Shown here: one piece after another, positions 1 to 12,000 of the stretch
Layout of the letters: every line of letters starts with the position of its first letter
Numbering within the stretch: position 1 is the stretch's first letter
From: Ascidiella aspersa
Lineage: Eukaryota
Length of the DNA: 64,000 nucleotides
Assembly: GCA_963924565.1 (NCBI GenBank)
Contig: OZ004612.1
Location: 11,780,001-11,844,000, forward strand
Reading direction: 5' to 3'
The notes under the pieces: model-generated
Told to the model about the DNA's origin: nothing
Databases searched by the model: none
Seen by the model: the letters and a program-made list of their open reading frames with translations, nothing else
Position numbers and translations under genes: made by a program

Positions 1-1229
1 GCTTCTCGCCGCCCGACCGCCCGCCTTTACGACAATTATTTCCGCGGCGCGCTTGTGAAACTTCCATTTTTACGCTTCGCTCGTCAATGACGGGCGGCTA
101 GAAAATGGAAAGGAGGACTATCCACCCCCCTTTACCAACCACCAGCGTTTATGTGGGGCGTTTGCGGCTCAGCGCCGACCGCACGCAATCCAACAGGTCG
201 CTGGCGATGAGCTACGAGTGTGTGTGTACGAGTGTGTGTGTGAGTGTGAGCTTGTGTGCCTTTTACTTTCTGCAAACAAGAGCGCCGACCTGTTCTTCTG
301 ATCGGTTTATTATAGCGCACGGAATTCCATTCTTGTCTCGATAGTGGGGCGCGGAGGCTTTGTCGCGCTTCTGGCTGATCAAAATATTTCCATGACTCTA
401 AGATTTTTTTTATAAGCGATTTGCGCCGTTTCCCCGCGTTTTCAGTAGCAAGGCTTTGCATTAACTTTGCGCTTTCGAATTTCTGTCATTTTATTCCCTT
501 TTTCTGTCGTTTAAATTCCCTAGAAAATGAAGCTGTTTCTCTCTTGTGTGCCTCTCGCCACTTTGCCATGATGTTTCATTGAGGCAATCTTCAATTAACT
601 TTTCGACGGCCAAAAAGAAGCCGTGCGAAACCGCCTCGGAAAAAGTCTCCTTATTTGTTCCACGACCTCGCCGTCATATTCTCAGCGGGCGCATAACCTC
701 AAGCCTCCTTTGGTTCTCCAGTCGCGACACTCGACTTATTTTTGCGCCGGGCCTGAAGTGGTCCTTCGCTGCACCGAAATAGCGTCCGGCTGTTTCGCGG
801 GCATAGCTGAACAAATAAATCGTGCCGCTATACTTAGCACTTTCGGGCGCGAAACTGCATGTCATTCTGATTTTCTTCGGCGAATTGGGCGCTCAATAAG
901 CATCCCGTTTTTTTTTCGCGGTCCGTTTCAAGTGGTCGCCGTTAAAGAGTTTCGCGAACTCGCTATCCCCAACTATATGTTGACCGAGCGCCGCCATTAA
1001 TTCCATTACCGAAGCTCGCAGCGCTATTTTCGGGCGCGTTTGGAAAATCGGCGTTATTACCGGCGGTTCACCCCCCCCCTCTTTCTCTGTTCCCGAATCT
1101 TGCGGGCAGCGGCGAAAATCGATTCGGCGGTTTCAGTGCGGTGTATTCCTCTTTTAGTCGAGGCCCGGGACACCGCGACACCCAATCGCCGGCCTTTGTT
1201 TCTCTGTTTGTGAAGGAAGCTTTTCGCCG

Positions 1230-4200
1230 CTTTGATCGCCACGAGATAAATTCCCGCTCGGCTCGGATTTCCCGCCTTCGCTCGTTTGTAAGCCGAACCA
1301 CCCGGCAGCATGGCCTCCGTTCAAGATGACGTCACTTAATTTCTGGACGCGGCTTCAGGCCAACACTGTTTTCGGCCAAATTGTTTTTCTGGAACATTCG
1401 TCAAATATAGAGCAGTCGAACTGCTTACAAACCTGTTGCTGAAATTTTAATACTGAATCTGTGTGCCGCGTGGTTCACAACTCTGCCCCAAAACAATTTA
1501 AAGAAACTCATAAAAATGGCAAAATACTTTACTTGCCAAATATCCATTTAAAATCTTACTATAAATTTCTTCTGAAAATTATGGTATTCACTTGTGTGAT
1601 ATTTAGAAAAGTCACAATCAGGAATCACTGGGCTTAATTGACCATTTGGAAAGGGTAAATAGGCACCACAACACACAGAAAAAAATCACCAAAGCCGCCG
1701 CCACCACAGACAGTTTCCAAATTGTATTCATGGCTTAGCTACAGTTTGGTGTCACAACACACGTCTAGCCTGTTGTACACCGGATTCCCATCCCTGTCCG
1801 CAATACATAACTGCCCTCTGTTGGGCGATCTATGCGCTGTAAGGCAGCGGCGTGTTTCATCCTCGCCTATGCCGTTTTGCTTTGAAACAAACCATCAATG
1901 AAACCGACGCTGTGCACCTGGCTAGGGCCATTTTGATTGGCTCTCCTACTCGTCCGGCGGCATGAGGTAATCATTGCGTTCTAGTTTCATACAAGTTACA
2001 ACAATATGTTACTCAAATTTCGGATTACACCAACTGAATGCTTACCGTTGCTGTTAGGTCTGTACAACCTTAAGCATAAAACTTTGTGAAACCACTTTAC
2101 AATTGATACAAGGAGCTTGATTTGCTGCCAAATGGCCTCAAATCGTCTGAACAGTGCGTTTCATTTGGTATGTTTGGCTTGGGTTGAACACCCAGCTAAA
2201 TTGAATCAAAACTTTCGATTGAAAGCCTGCTGCAATTCGTCAAATTTCGCGTCCCACGATCTCGATTACGATCGCGTGCCGAAAAGCCGCCCGGACTTTG
2301 TTCCACAAACAGCAGCGGACAGCCGAGCAAAGAGTCGTAAATCTCGTGCAAAAAACGTATACAGCGCCTTCGCGCAACCGGGGCTCAACAAAGGCCACGG
2401 GGCTTGGCTCGAAATGCAGCAAGCGCGCCTAAGCCAGCAAGAGAGCCATTCGTCTTCCAGTGGCTGTCGCTCGTATACGTATACCGCTATGCGATAACGG
2501 GCTTAGCGGAGAGACGGCGAAATCGCTAAAGCACTGTATATATTAACGACTTGATGCTGCAAAGATGCGAAATGAGCTGTATGCAAGCACGGCGCGTGTC
2601 GGCTGCTGCGCCTGCCTAACTGTGCGATCACGCTTAATGGTCGTTATGGTTTATGAGGGCAATTCGGAATTAGACTGAATTAACCCCGATGCGGACTTCG
2701 TTGTTTACAGGCTCATTCTATTTTCGTTCAGCTCGTAAAATAAGCGGTTTTGAATTGTTTTAGAAGCGTCCAAAGTTATGTAACTTATTTTTAAAATCCG
2801 TAAAAAGTAATACTTTGTAATTTAACATACCTAGTGGGTAAACAAAACGATCTTAAGAAAGCAAAACAAACAATGTTTTATATGGATTCAAAGACAAATT
2901 ATTTATTTTTTTGGAAAAGTGCACTATTTTAAGACTTTAAAAGGAAAGCAGCGCAACTATAGGCAGCCTTTAAACAACCAAATGGTGTTGCGCGGGATGC
3001 GCTTTGAAACCGACCTCCGTTCATCGCGCAAACTTGTCAGTTGACGGGAACGGGGTATTAGAGCGGGGGAGGGGGTGCGCGAAACCCGGCCCCCAGGCAC
3101 GCGGGCGGGCGCTTTCCTGTCAAAGGTGGAAGTGAACTGACAGGCGTCTGGCAAGCGCGAAGTTAAATGGTTCCCGCGGAAGCGAAGCAGTGCCCCCCCC
3201 CCCCCCCGCCGCCGCTGTGGTCGGGAACTTTGCACAGGCGGCCCCCGGGCTAAGGGTTATGACACCAGCCGAGCGAAAACGCCATCGATCGATCAGCGAC
3301 CAGCTGATTTCTGGCCGAGTTCAATTACCGTTCGACCTGCGCGAGTGAATCACCGCTTTCTATGAGTAAAGCCTTCATGTCGTCCACCGCCGCTGCTTTC
3401 GCTTTGATGTTGCATAATCCTGGCCTTCCCATATACAGCCAGTCGCCCGAACTGTTCAGTGCCGGTTTGCTTTAGAGCTTGTATACAAGACCACATCAAA
3501 ACCGTCTGTCTTTACCGTTTGTAGCCCTCGTTTTTATCCTATTTTTCAAACTACCCCCGCATTAAGATTGCTTTTTTGAACTGGTTGTGTACACTCGAAT
3601 CTGTGGGGGAGTCCGTAATACAGCGAAATCCGGTTGGGCAATCAATCGGGCCGGTTTCTTTGAAGTCACCGTGTAAGACCCTGTGTCCCTGCGCGTCTCA
3701 CAAAGGCAGAAGCGCGGAAGCGGATTGAATGTTGCGCGTCGTCGACTACACGTTTGGAACAGAAACCGCCCATGTCTTTACAGGGCGGCGATGAAAGCGC
3801 GACAGCGAATTACACCAGATAACCATCGGCTTCGTGTGCTGGCCTTCAATTGGCGGTGAAAATCATTTGTAAACTGCTGGTATTACTGTTCGCCAGATGG
3901 TTAAATGCCCCAGCTTTTCTATCATTAAAATGCCAGTCGAAAGTGGAAAACAAATTGCATCTTAAAGTTTTTAACGGTCACATTTTTATTGCTCTGCTTA
4001 GGCTGGTTAAATGCTGTCGATCCGTAACAAAAAAGACAGCTCTGTTGCCTTTCCACGTTTTCTTACAGCCGGAAGAGCGGAAAACGTACAAAGGACCGCA
4101 GATTTATTGTCGCTTTAAAAGCACCGTAAAAGCCCGGCTGCAAACGTTAAATTGTTGTTTGTTGGAGAAAGACGGCGTCGGGCCAGCGCCGTGAGTCAGA

Positions 4201-7200
4201 CCGCTCGGTGCCCGCCAACAAACGACTGGCACCTGTTTACGATGTCCAGCAATTTACGAGAGGCTCTGACCGGCAATTGCGTTGTGCAGCATCAGCAGTA
4301 GCGGCGTTAGGCGAATGTAAGGCTTCCCGGTCTGCGCAGCGCCGTCAGCTGTGTTTAGCCGCTTCTGCAACAGGAATGTAGCGCGCAAGAGCAAGTGTAA
4401 AGGTTTAAACGGCAACCTTTGAACGCGAAAAAGCAAGCGCTGGTCGTGACAGCTCGCATTCATTTCCTTTCGCTGCTCGACAGAGTTTAACAGCAGTGTT
4501 CTAACAAGACAACGCGCAAACGCCGCGGCCGTGGTGTATGTTCAGCCTGTTGTCGCGAAAACAGGGCTTTTGTGTCGAGTTCGAGCCAAGTCGGATTAAG
4601 TTCCATGATCGACAACCCGGAATCGTTGCTGCTCGCCGCAAAGATTGTCAAGCGCTGAACGGTTGGCCCCATAGCCTTACTCCCAAAGCGGACGGACCCA
4701 TTTTCCTTTGCAGTCACAAACGGCTTTCTATACTTGTTTTTAACATATTTGAAAAGTTTTTGTTTTACAGTTTTCTGGCTGACGCTGTGTCAGACCTGTA
4801 TTTGCAAGATATCCGTTAACTTAGAAGCCACGGTTGCCATAAAATGGCTACGCTATAATAGGCCTAAATCTCGCGACGCGGCTTGGATTTAATTCGTGTA
4901 CGTCGCATCCACGTATCTTGGTTTGGCCGGTGCCACCGTCGTTCCCACTTCAGAAAAACAGCTTAAAACTGCGGTGAGCGTTCAAACTTTGAAGACGAAT
5001 GGTTATCGCAATGCAGAGCGGCTCGACATGGCCGGGCGCTTAACCGTGTACGCCGCCTAAAAGTCGAAAGGCGCTTCTAAATATAGAGGCGATTTATTGT
5101 TTGCGGCCAGTGGTTTTCCACCAATTTCCTTTGTTCCGTGCCGCAGATGACAAGCAACACTGTTGCTGCCTGTTACCGTATATGGCAAGGCACCAGGGAA
5201 TTGCGTTATATTGTTTAACGTTGGTGTCGCCCGATCGAAATTATCGAAAACCAAGTCCAATTCCTAATGATACCACCACACATTGTAAAGGTAATTTTTG
5301 CGTAAGCAAAATTCCTCGTTATTTTTGCATAACAAAGGTGGTACGTCCCACACCCGATTACGTCACTAAGATTCGGTTCCAAATCTTTCCGCTACCACCC
5401 CGTCATCGCTACACCTGGGTGATTAACGACGTCACGGAGTGACAGGCTTAGCTCCACAAAGCCCCGCTATTTCTTCCGACCCGAATTCACGAGCGTTTGT
5501 CCGCTTTGTGTCAATAAGCCTGTCGGCTCAGCGTGCGATTGGTTGACATTGCGCGATGACCTTGTTGTTGCTGGGTCCACGTGGCCGCGAATTGTGACGT
5601 TGACAAAAGTTGCGGAAACCTCTCGCAGTCCAGGGAGAGCTGGTTTTAGAAATATTCCCACTGTCATTTTCAATTTTTTGGTCATGAGCGTTTGTCAAGT
5701 AAGTAATTAGGCATCGTAGTCTAATTTTGTTTCAGTTTATACCTCAAAATCTAACCAACCCGACAACGACCAAGACATGTTGTCTTTCCCATATGGGGAT
5801 AAAATCACAGGGGTCGAATGCTGCCGCGGGCCATATGTTGTGCACCGCAGGGGACTGCTGTAAAACATTTTGGGTGTCGAAAAAACCCAAGTAAATATAG
5901 TTTACACCTCCACGGGCCGACAATGGTTTCAGTCATCCCGTGCTCAATCCGCACTATAGCACTCTCGACTCTTGCGCGATCGGCAGCGATCCCGATTTTC
6001 TGCTAATATCGAGTAAACAAAGGCCGCATAGTACTACGGCGACGGAAACTACAGAAAGCGGCGCCGCGCGACCCCGGCCCTTTTGTGTGGTCGCCCTTCG
6101 CCGCTGCGGCGTTGAGTTGAATAGGGGCGCGACACTCGAAAGCGCTAATCGAGAGCGCCCGGACCTGTTGTTGACTGTGCACTTGACAGTGAAGCGGCAG
6201 CGTCATGGCATTTTGCGGCCGAACGTTTGCCCAATAGGACAACTAACAAGGACAGGACACCTTTTCCCCTGATTGGTCGCATCGTCGACCGTTTACCTCT
6301 TATATTCTTTTGTCACTGTAAGAATATGAAACATTCTGTGAAAATTCCCCGGTTTCCTATATGCTGTAGCGACACTACGCCGACCCGGATTTATCGAAGC
6401 GTTATGTTTTCTTTTTTCCTATTTTTTCGTGCCTTTTTATCGCCGGTTCTAGTGTGTTCTTTTTGATTCGGCGCACCTGGAATAAAGACTTGCCATCGCT
6501 TTAATGCAACCAATCGTTAGTGTAATTTACCACGTCTTAGAAAGAAGTCTGCTACAATATTTTACAGCCCCTTTTCGTTCTGATTGCGATTTATTTTGAA
6601 AGTATGGTCGAAGTCGGCTTTGTGATTGATCCCGTCTGAAAGGCCTTTTGTTAATCGACCGCGCCCCGTGATTTTGTTGCCCCAGAAAGTACGATACTTG
6701 ACATTTCCACGCCTATTCGGCAAAGGCTGCTTGGCGTTGTATACCGTGCGTCTGGTGCCGGCTTGTTAACGCCAAGTGGAATATTGCTGCAGAGTTCCGT
6801 TCGAGACATCTCGTCTGTCTGCATCTTGCCCGGGTCCCGGGCTATTAATACGAGCAGTGCGGTCCGGACTGCGCACGTTCTTTATTAGCTACACGCTGCC
6901 GCCTAACAGACGAGGCGCCTTGCGTCTAGCGAATTACGACCGCCTTGAGCGGCTCCACTTATCCAATGATGAACGGCGACTTTCGAAAAACAACAAGTTT
7001 GAAAGAAAACATCGCGCGGCGCCCGCGTAAGAGAACCGATGTCGGGCCTCGTTAGCTTCGAAGGAACAAAAATTACCCGCTTTCGAATTGACAGCTGCCA
7101 GGAAGATGAGACGCTTTTTTGGGAGGTGTTTGCAGGAATTCGCTTACGCCCCTACCGAACTTGCTGATTTAAGCCAGCTCTGACGTCATGCGCATTCCTA

Positions 7201-7616
7201 CAAAGCCTGGCTGCCAGCTCACTGTTTTGGAGCTCGAGTTTTAGCTCGCCGCTTTTGTACCGCAACCCGAGATGTTCAATCTCGCCAGATCATAAACGCG
7301 CTCGTTACGTCATACGACCCTTTCGACCCAACGTTGAGCGACCATCAAAGCCTGTCGCCGCCACGGGCGTTCGTCCGCGGGAGTTGTTTTGTCAATAATG
7401 ACGTCAAAATGCGAGCTTTAAGGATTGTGTTTTCCTGGGCCTGACGTTTGTGAGGGGCGAAGCCGGGCCTTTGCGGTCTGCCCGAAATGCAAAGCCACAG
7501 GATGGCAAATAGTTTTAAAACCTGTACGCAAATAGTTTTAAAACCCTATCTTACCCTCCAATTAAGAAACGGTGCCCGTAAAGGGAGACCATTAAAATGG
7601 GAAACGCTGATCAAAG
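1230..7616. promoter_or_regulatory. Putative Wnt-response enhancer region (TCF/LEF site cluster) in a long nkd intron
   Basis: CTTTGAW/WTCAAAG at 1230, 1880, 2887, 3002, 3402, 3658, 4417, 4987, 7344 and 7610 within CpG-rich blocks. Confidence 0.55.
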
Positions 7617-8596
7617 GAGCTGCCTGTTCTTTTTTCGTGTGTTCTTGGTACACGGCTGAATAAGAAAAGGTACAATAAAGCGCAGCACACCTTGCCGAAA
7701 ATGTATTTAAACAACTGAAAATGGTAGCAAACGCGCCGCTTTACATTCAGGAAAACGCCGCAACACGTTTCTGGTCATCTAGATTTTGGTCATCTAGATA
7801 TATATTTTTTTTCTAGAATTTATTTTGTCTATCATATGCAACACTTAAATAACAGCTGGAACAATCGAGTTGAGATTTCGACCGGTGAGAAACATTCTCG
7901 TTCATTGGGCCTTTTCTCACTCGTGTAACCGCAATTGGCCGTTGCTTTGTTTCGTTTATGTGCGGTCTATACGCTGTAGAAATGGCCATCTATTGTCGAA
8001 ATATGTTATTTCTTTTGCGTCGGCGTTTCTCCTCACAAGGGCGAACAGCAGTGCAAATTCCGTCGGCCCCGTAAACTTAGCTTACCTGAGGCAAAGAAAG
8101 GGGGCAAATGACTCACCTTCCGGTGCCCGAAAAGCAATCGTTAAAACTGTAACGCCTAGATTATTGTAACCTTTGTTTAAATGGCTCGCGTTATTGCGAA
8201 ACCCCTAACATTGTCGGCGACGATATCTCGCCATTGTTCCGATTGTTTAAATGTGTGTCAGTCGGGGATTTGTCGTGCAAGATTTGAGCGGTTTATTTCG
8301 ACGGTGCCGGTAAAAAATGTGATTGTGCGATTTTCGAGACGGGTGTAGCCGAATATAATTTTTGGTGCTGTCCATATATTTCTTGCATTTTCTTTTGGCT
8401 ATAAAGAACCAATCAGCATAATAATCCATGTTATGTTTTCTTAAACTAAATAGTTTGTCGCGCGTTTCTTTCAAAATTGGTAAAATCGCAATTGGTATTT
8501 GTTTTTGGCAAACTGATTGTGTAAAATATGAAGATATCTTTTAAGGACACGTAAATGACAACAATGACTTTAAATGGTAGCAACTAGCAAATATTC

Positions 8597-8805
8597 ACTT
8601 TCCTGTCTAAGTCAACGTCAGTCATTAATAAGTTCTACTCATTTAAAAGAGAAATATATATCGCCACAAAATAATGCATTATCAATCTCTCAACTCGAGT
8701 GCAGATTCATTCGAGTCTGATGATGCATTATTTTGTGGCGATATATATTTCTCTTTTAAATGACTAGAACTTATTTTTGACTCACTTTGACTAAGACAGG
8801 AAAGT
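8597..8805. repeat. Long inverted repeat / foldback (about 88-bp arms, about 34-nt spacer)
   Basis: 8597-8684 is the reverse complement of about 8718-8805, with about 7 mismatches. Confidence 0.92.
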
Positions 8806-8906
8806 CTAAAGAGTATTTGGCATTTGTTTTATATCGAGTGCTAAACTCAATGAGTATGTGCATCAGAGCTCACTTAATTTAGCGACTCGTTTCCTTTGTT
8901 GTGCAG

Positions 8907-9000
8907 CTCTGCCAGGACACAGACAAACACCACAAGGATGAAGCGACTGCGACGTTACCTACCACCAAAGAAGACAACAGCATCTTGCCACCACTGCACG
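8907..9000 (+). CDS. nkd: nkd internal exon (LCQDTDKHH...ILPPLH)
   Basis: ttgtgcag|CTC acceptor, G|gtaagc donor, open frame, phase 0 to 1, compatible with the next exon. Confidence 0.7.
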
Positions 9001-12000
9001 GTAAGCTCACATCTGAAACATCTGTATTAACAAACAACAAATGACACGCAAAATCGTGAAGCGTTTTTTATACAAAAAAAAGAGAACGAAGGTGCATCTT
9101 GGCCTTAGCTTCGGATGATAGGCAAGAAACAATATCATTTAATTTTATATTTGTTTGCTGCGTTTTTGTAGGTGTTGTATACAGATTGACCCTCATTTTG
9201 GTTTTTAAAGTCATGTATTATATAAACATGCCAGTTCAATTTAAAGGCGCCAAAATATTGCCAATATTCCACGATTGCGGTTAAGCCATTTTTGTAAGAG
9301 GGAGCAAAAACGCTTTCAGCTCCGTGTTCCACGCCCAAATATTCCTCACGTCGACTTCCGGCCACTATACACTGGCTGCATTCCCCCTAAAAAAACGACG
9401 ACGCGCCCAAAATATCCACCGTCGCCACGCAAAGTGACGTCAAAAAAGGAAAACAGGAAACGGGGGCTCGAGGGGCCGCAAAGGGGCTAAAGGGGTCGCG
9501 TTGCGTCGCGTCCCCGCGCGCAAAAACACGACCAACACAGGAAAGGCGGCGAGCGGCAAACGATTGTTGTTGTCACGTCGCGCGACCGCCGAGGTTCCTA
9601 TTTTGGGCGCGTCGCGCTCTTTTGACGCCGCGACGCAACTGTGACGTCATAAGGGTCGCTTTGAATGAAATCGCCCACCACCCGCCATACTTGAAACGCG
9701 ATGAATTTGCAAATTCGCGTGGCTTTTGTGTTCGCCTTACGTTTCATCTTTTCCTTGCTTGAAGGCGCGATTGGATTCCAGCAGCGTTATTTGCGCAGCT
9801 GTTGGACGAAAGGGCCGCCGCTGTATACGTATATCCAGCTTGGGAATTCGCCCTGACCGGCCAGGCTCGGTCACTTCTCATAACCTTCTGTAGCCTCGTT
9901 TCCGCCACTGCTTTGTGGATGTAAATGTTGCAAAATCAAATACATATCTCGTCAGTAGAAATCGACATGCCCATCTGCTATGACTCAATCGCATAAAAGG
10001 GCGTATCTGTATGGAATTCAAAACCTTTGGCCGCAGGTTTCTGCTTGTCGATTACTGTTCCGCTGACGCGTATATAAACAATATAACTCAAAGTGCAAAA
10101 CAAAACGAGATCCTGGTCTTACTCGGGTTTTTAAACTTCGTGTTTAATTGTTTGTTCACCAAAATGATTGTATTGCTTTATTTTTTAAGAAACCTCGACC
10201 GAGTTGACTCATATTGTAATGCACTACAATTAAACAACGCACTACAAACGTATACATATGCGTAACGATTTATATCATGTATTTGCGCCAAGCATGTGGC
10301 GCTGTGCGGCAGGCATGCCTTTTTAGTTTACTTGTCCCATTAGGATTGGTACTGCGCCAATAGTTCCGGCTGCAGCTATTTTCTGATCTGCTAGCTATGC
10401 AAACATGCCATCGGGCCGCCGAGCCAACAGACTGGGTACAGAACTAGCGGCAGGCGAATCAAAATCAGGTTAATCCGATTAAATCCCTGGCGCGGTTCGT
10501 CATCTGGTCAGTTTGCGTCCTGCTGGGTAAATGGCCGGCGCAGAAAATGGTGGAGCCGCGGTGTTTTGAAACCGGGTAATGGGTACCGCATAGAAAGCGC
10601 GGAATGGTAATTGGCGCGGGCATAAAGCCACCCTAAAATCACGCACCCGAGATTTGCCCCAGTTTCAGGTTGCGCCGCATGGGTGCGCGCCTAAATCTTC
10701 TGACCTTTTGACGTAAAAAAAATTCTTTTACCAAGGCGGCGAGGAACAAAAGACAGCGTCGTCGGCCCCTATACAAGCGAGCCCTAGTTTCGAGTACCAA
10801 ATAACCACGCAACGCACCTAATCCGTGGCGAGGCGCCCTCGAATTCAAGTAGTGCCCATTTCCTCGTTTGGCGATTTGCGCGCAAAGCACTTCGCCGGGT
10901 CCGCCGGAGTTACTAAACCGAGGTGGTCCCTTAAACGCTAATCGACACCTCGGTGTCGGTAGACTTTAGAGATGGGTGCGAGGACATGATTACGAGCGAT
11001 AAAATAAGCCTCATGTCGCCTCAGTAGCTGCAACAAGCCACAATGCGATAGCCCTTGGCACTCTCGCAGATGTTACAGCGTTGCCGTGAGTTCAAACGAT
11101 TCGCACTTGTGCATCGTTTGCCTCGACTCGTCGCGATTTAAAAGCACATCAGTGAGCTATCGTGTGAGGCCCAGTCGCTCGCCACTTTGGCGTCGTGGGT
11201 GGCCCCTTTATTATCGCCCTTTTCTCTCGCCGCCAGCCCGGCCACCAGTGTGTGCGAACTTGCGACGCCACTGCGGGGTTTATCCCGGTTGGTTTGCTTC
11301 AGTTCGGTTTGTATTAGCAACTCCCCTCCCACCTCCCCATGCCAACGTCAGACACAAACCCCTGCACGCGATAAACAAGGGGCTCTAAATGGATTCAGTC
11401 TCCGGCAGTGCGAAAAGCAAGACCCTCTGTTGAAAAAGGCAAAGACAAAAAGCGATAAAGCCGAACTAGAAGTGCGCCATTGTCGCTATTTCAATTTACA
11501 TATGATAAAAATATGGTTTTATATAGAAAAGGCTTACTGCATTTAAACTGACAATACATCAAGGCCAACACGATAAGGGCACTAAAATGAAAAAAAAACG
11601 ATATCTATATATAAAGTCTGCAATTCAACTTGTAAGGTAAATTAACGTATTTAAAATCTTAGAGGCCAATAAGTCGAATGTAAAATCTTGGGCCAATGAA
11701 TGGTAAAAAAACATTCAGAAATTTTTGTATTCCGTTAATTGTCAATTCTAAATGTATTTCTTTGTATGAACATACCAACTTCAACTGGTATCGGTGATGT
11801 TATCCATCTAGTCTCACAAACCGAAGCTGAGAAATTGCGGCGTGCATTCCGTTCCTTAACGCAGCCCGCCACCCCCGTCCGCCATTATGACGTCACAAAG
11901 GAGGTGGCGACAACAATGCGCGCGCGGGCGAAACGGATGGACGGACCGGGCCGGCGGCGATGCCTGACCAGATAAACGTCGACGGCGCGTTTGGTTTCGG

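Noticed and set aside
218-258. (GT)n-rich tract
   Set aside because: Short imperfect microsatellite with no further structure
7597-7660. ATG GGA AAC (MGN...) as a possible myristoylated Nkd start
   Set aside because: The frame closes after about 20 codons, there is no convincing donor and no Nkd N-terminal similarity
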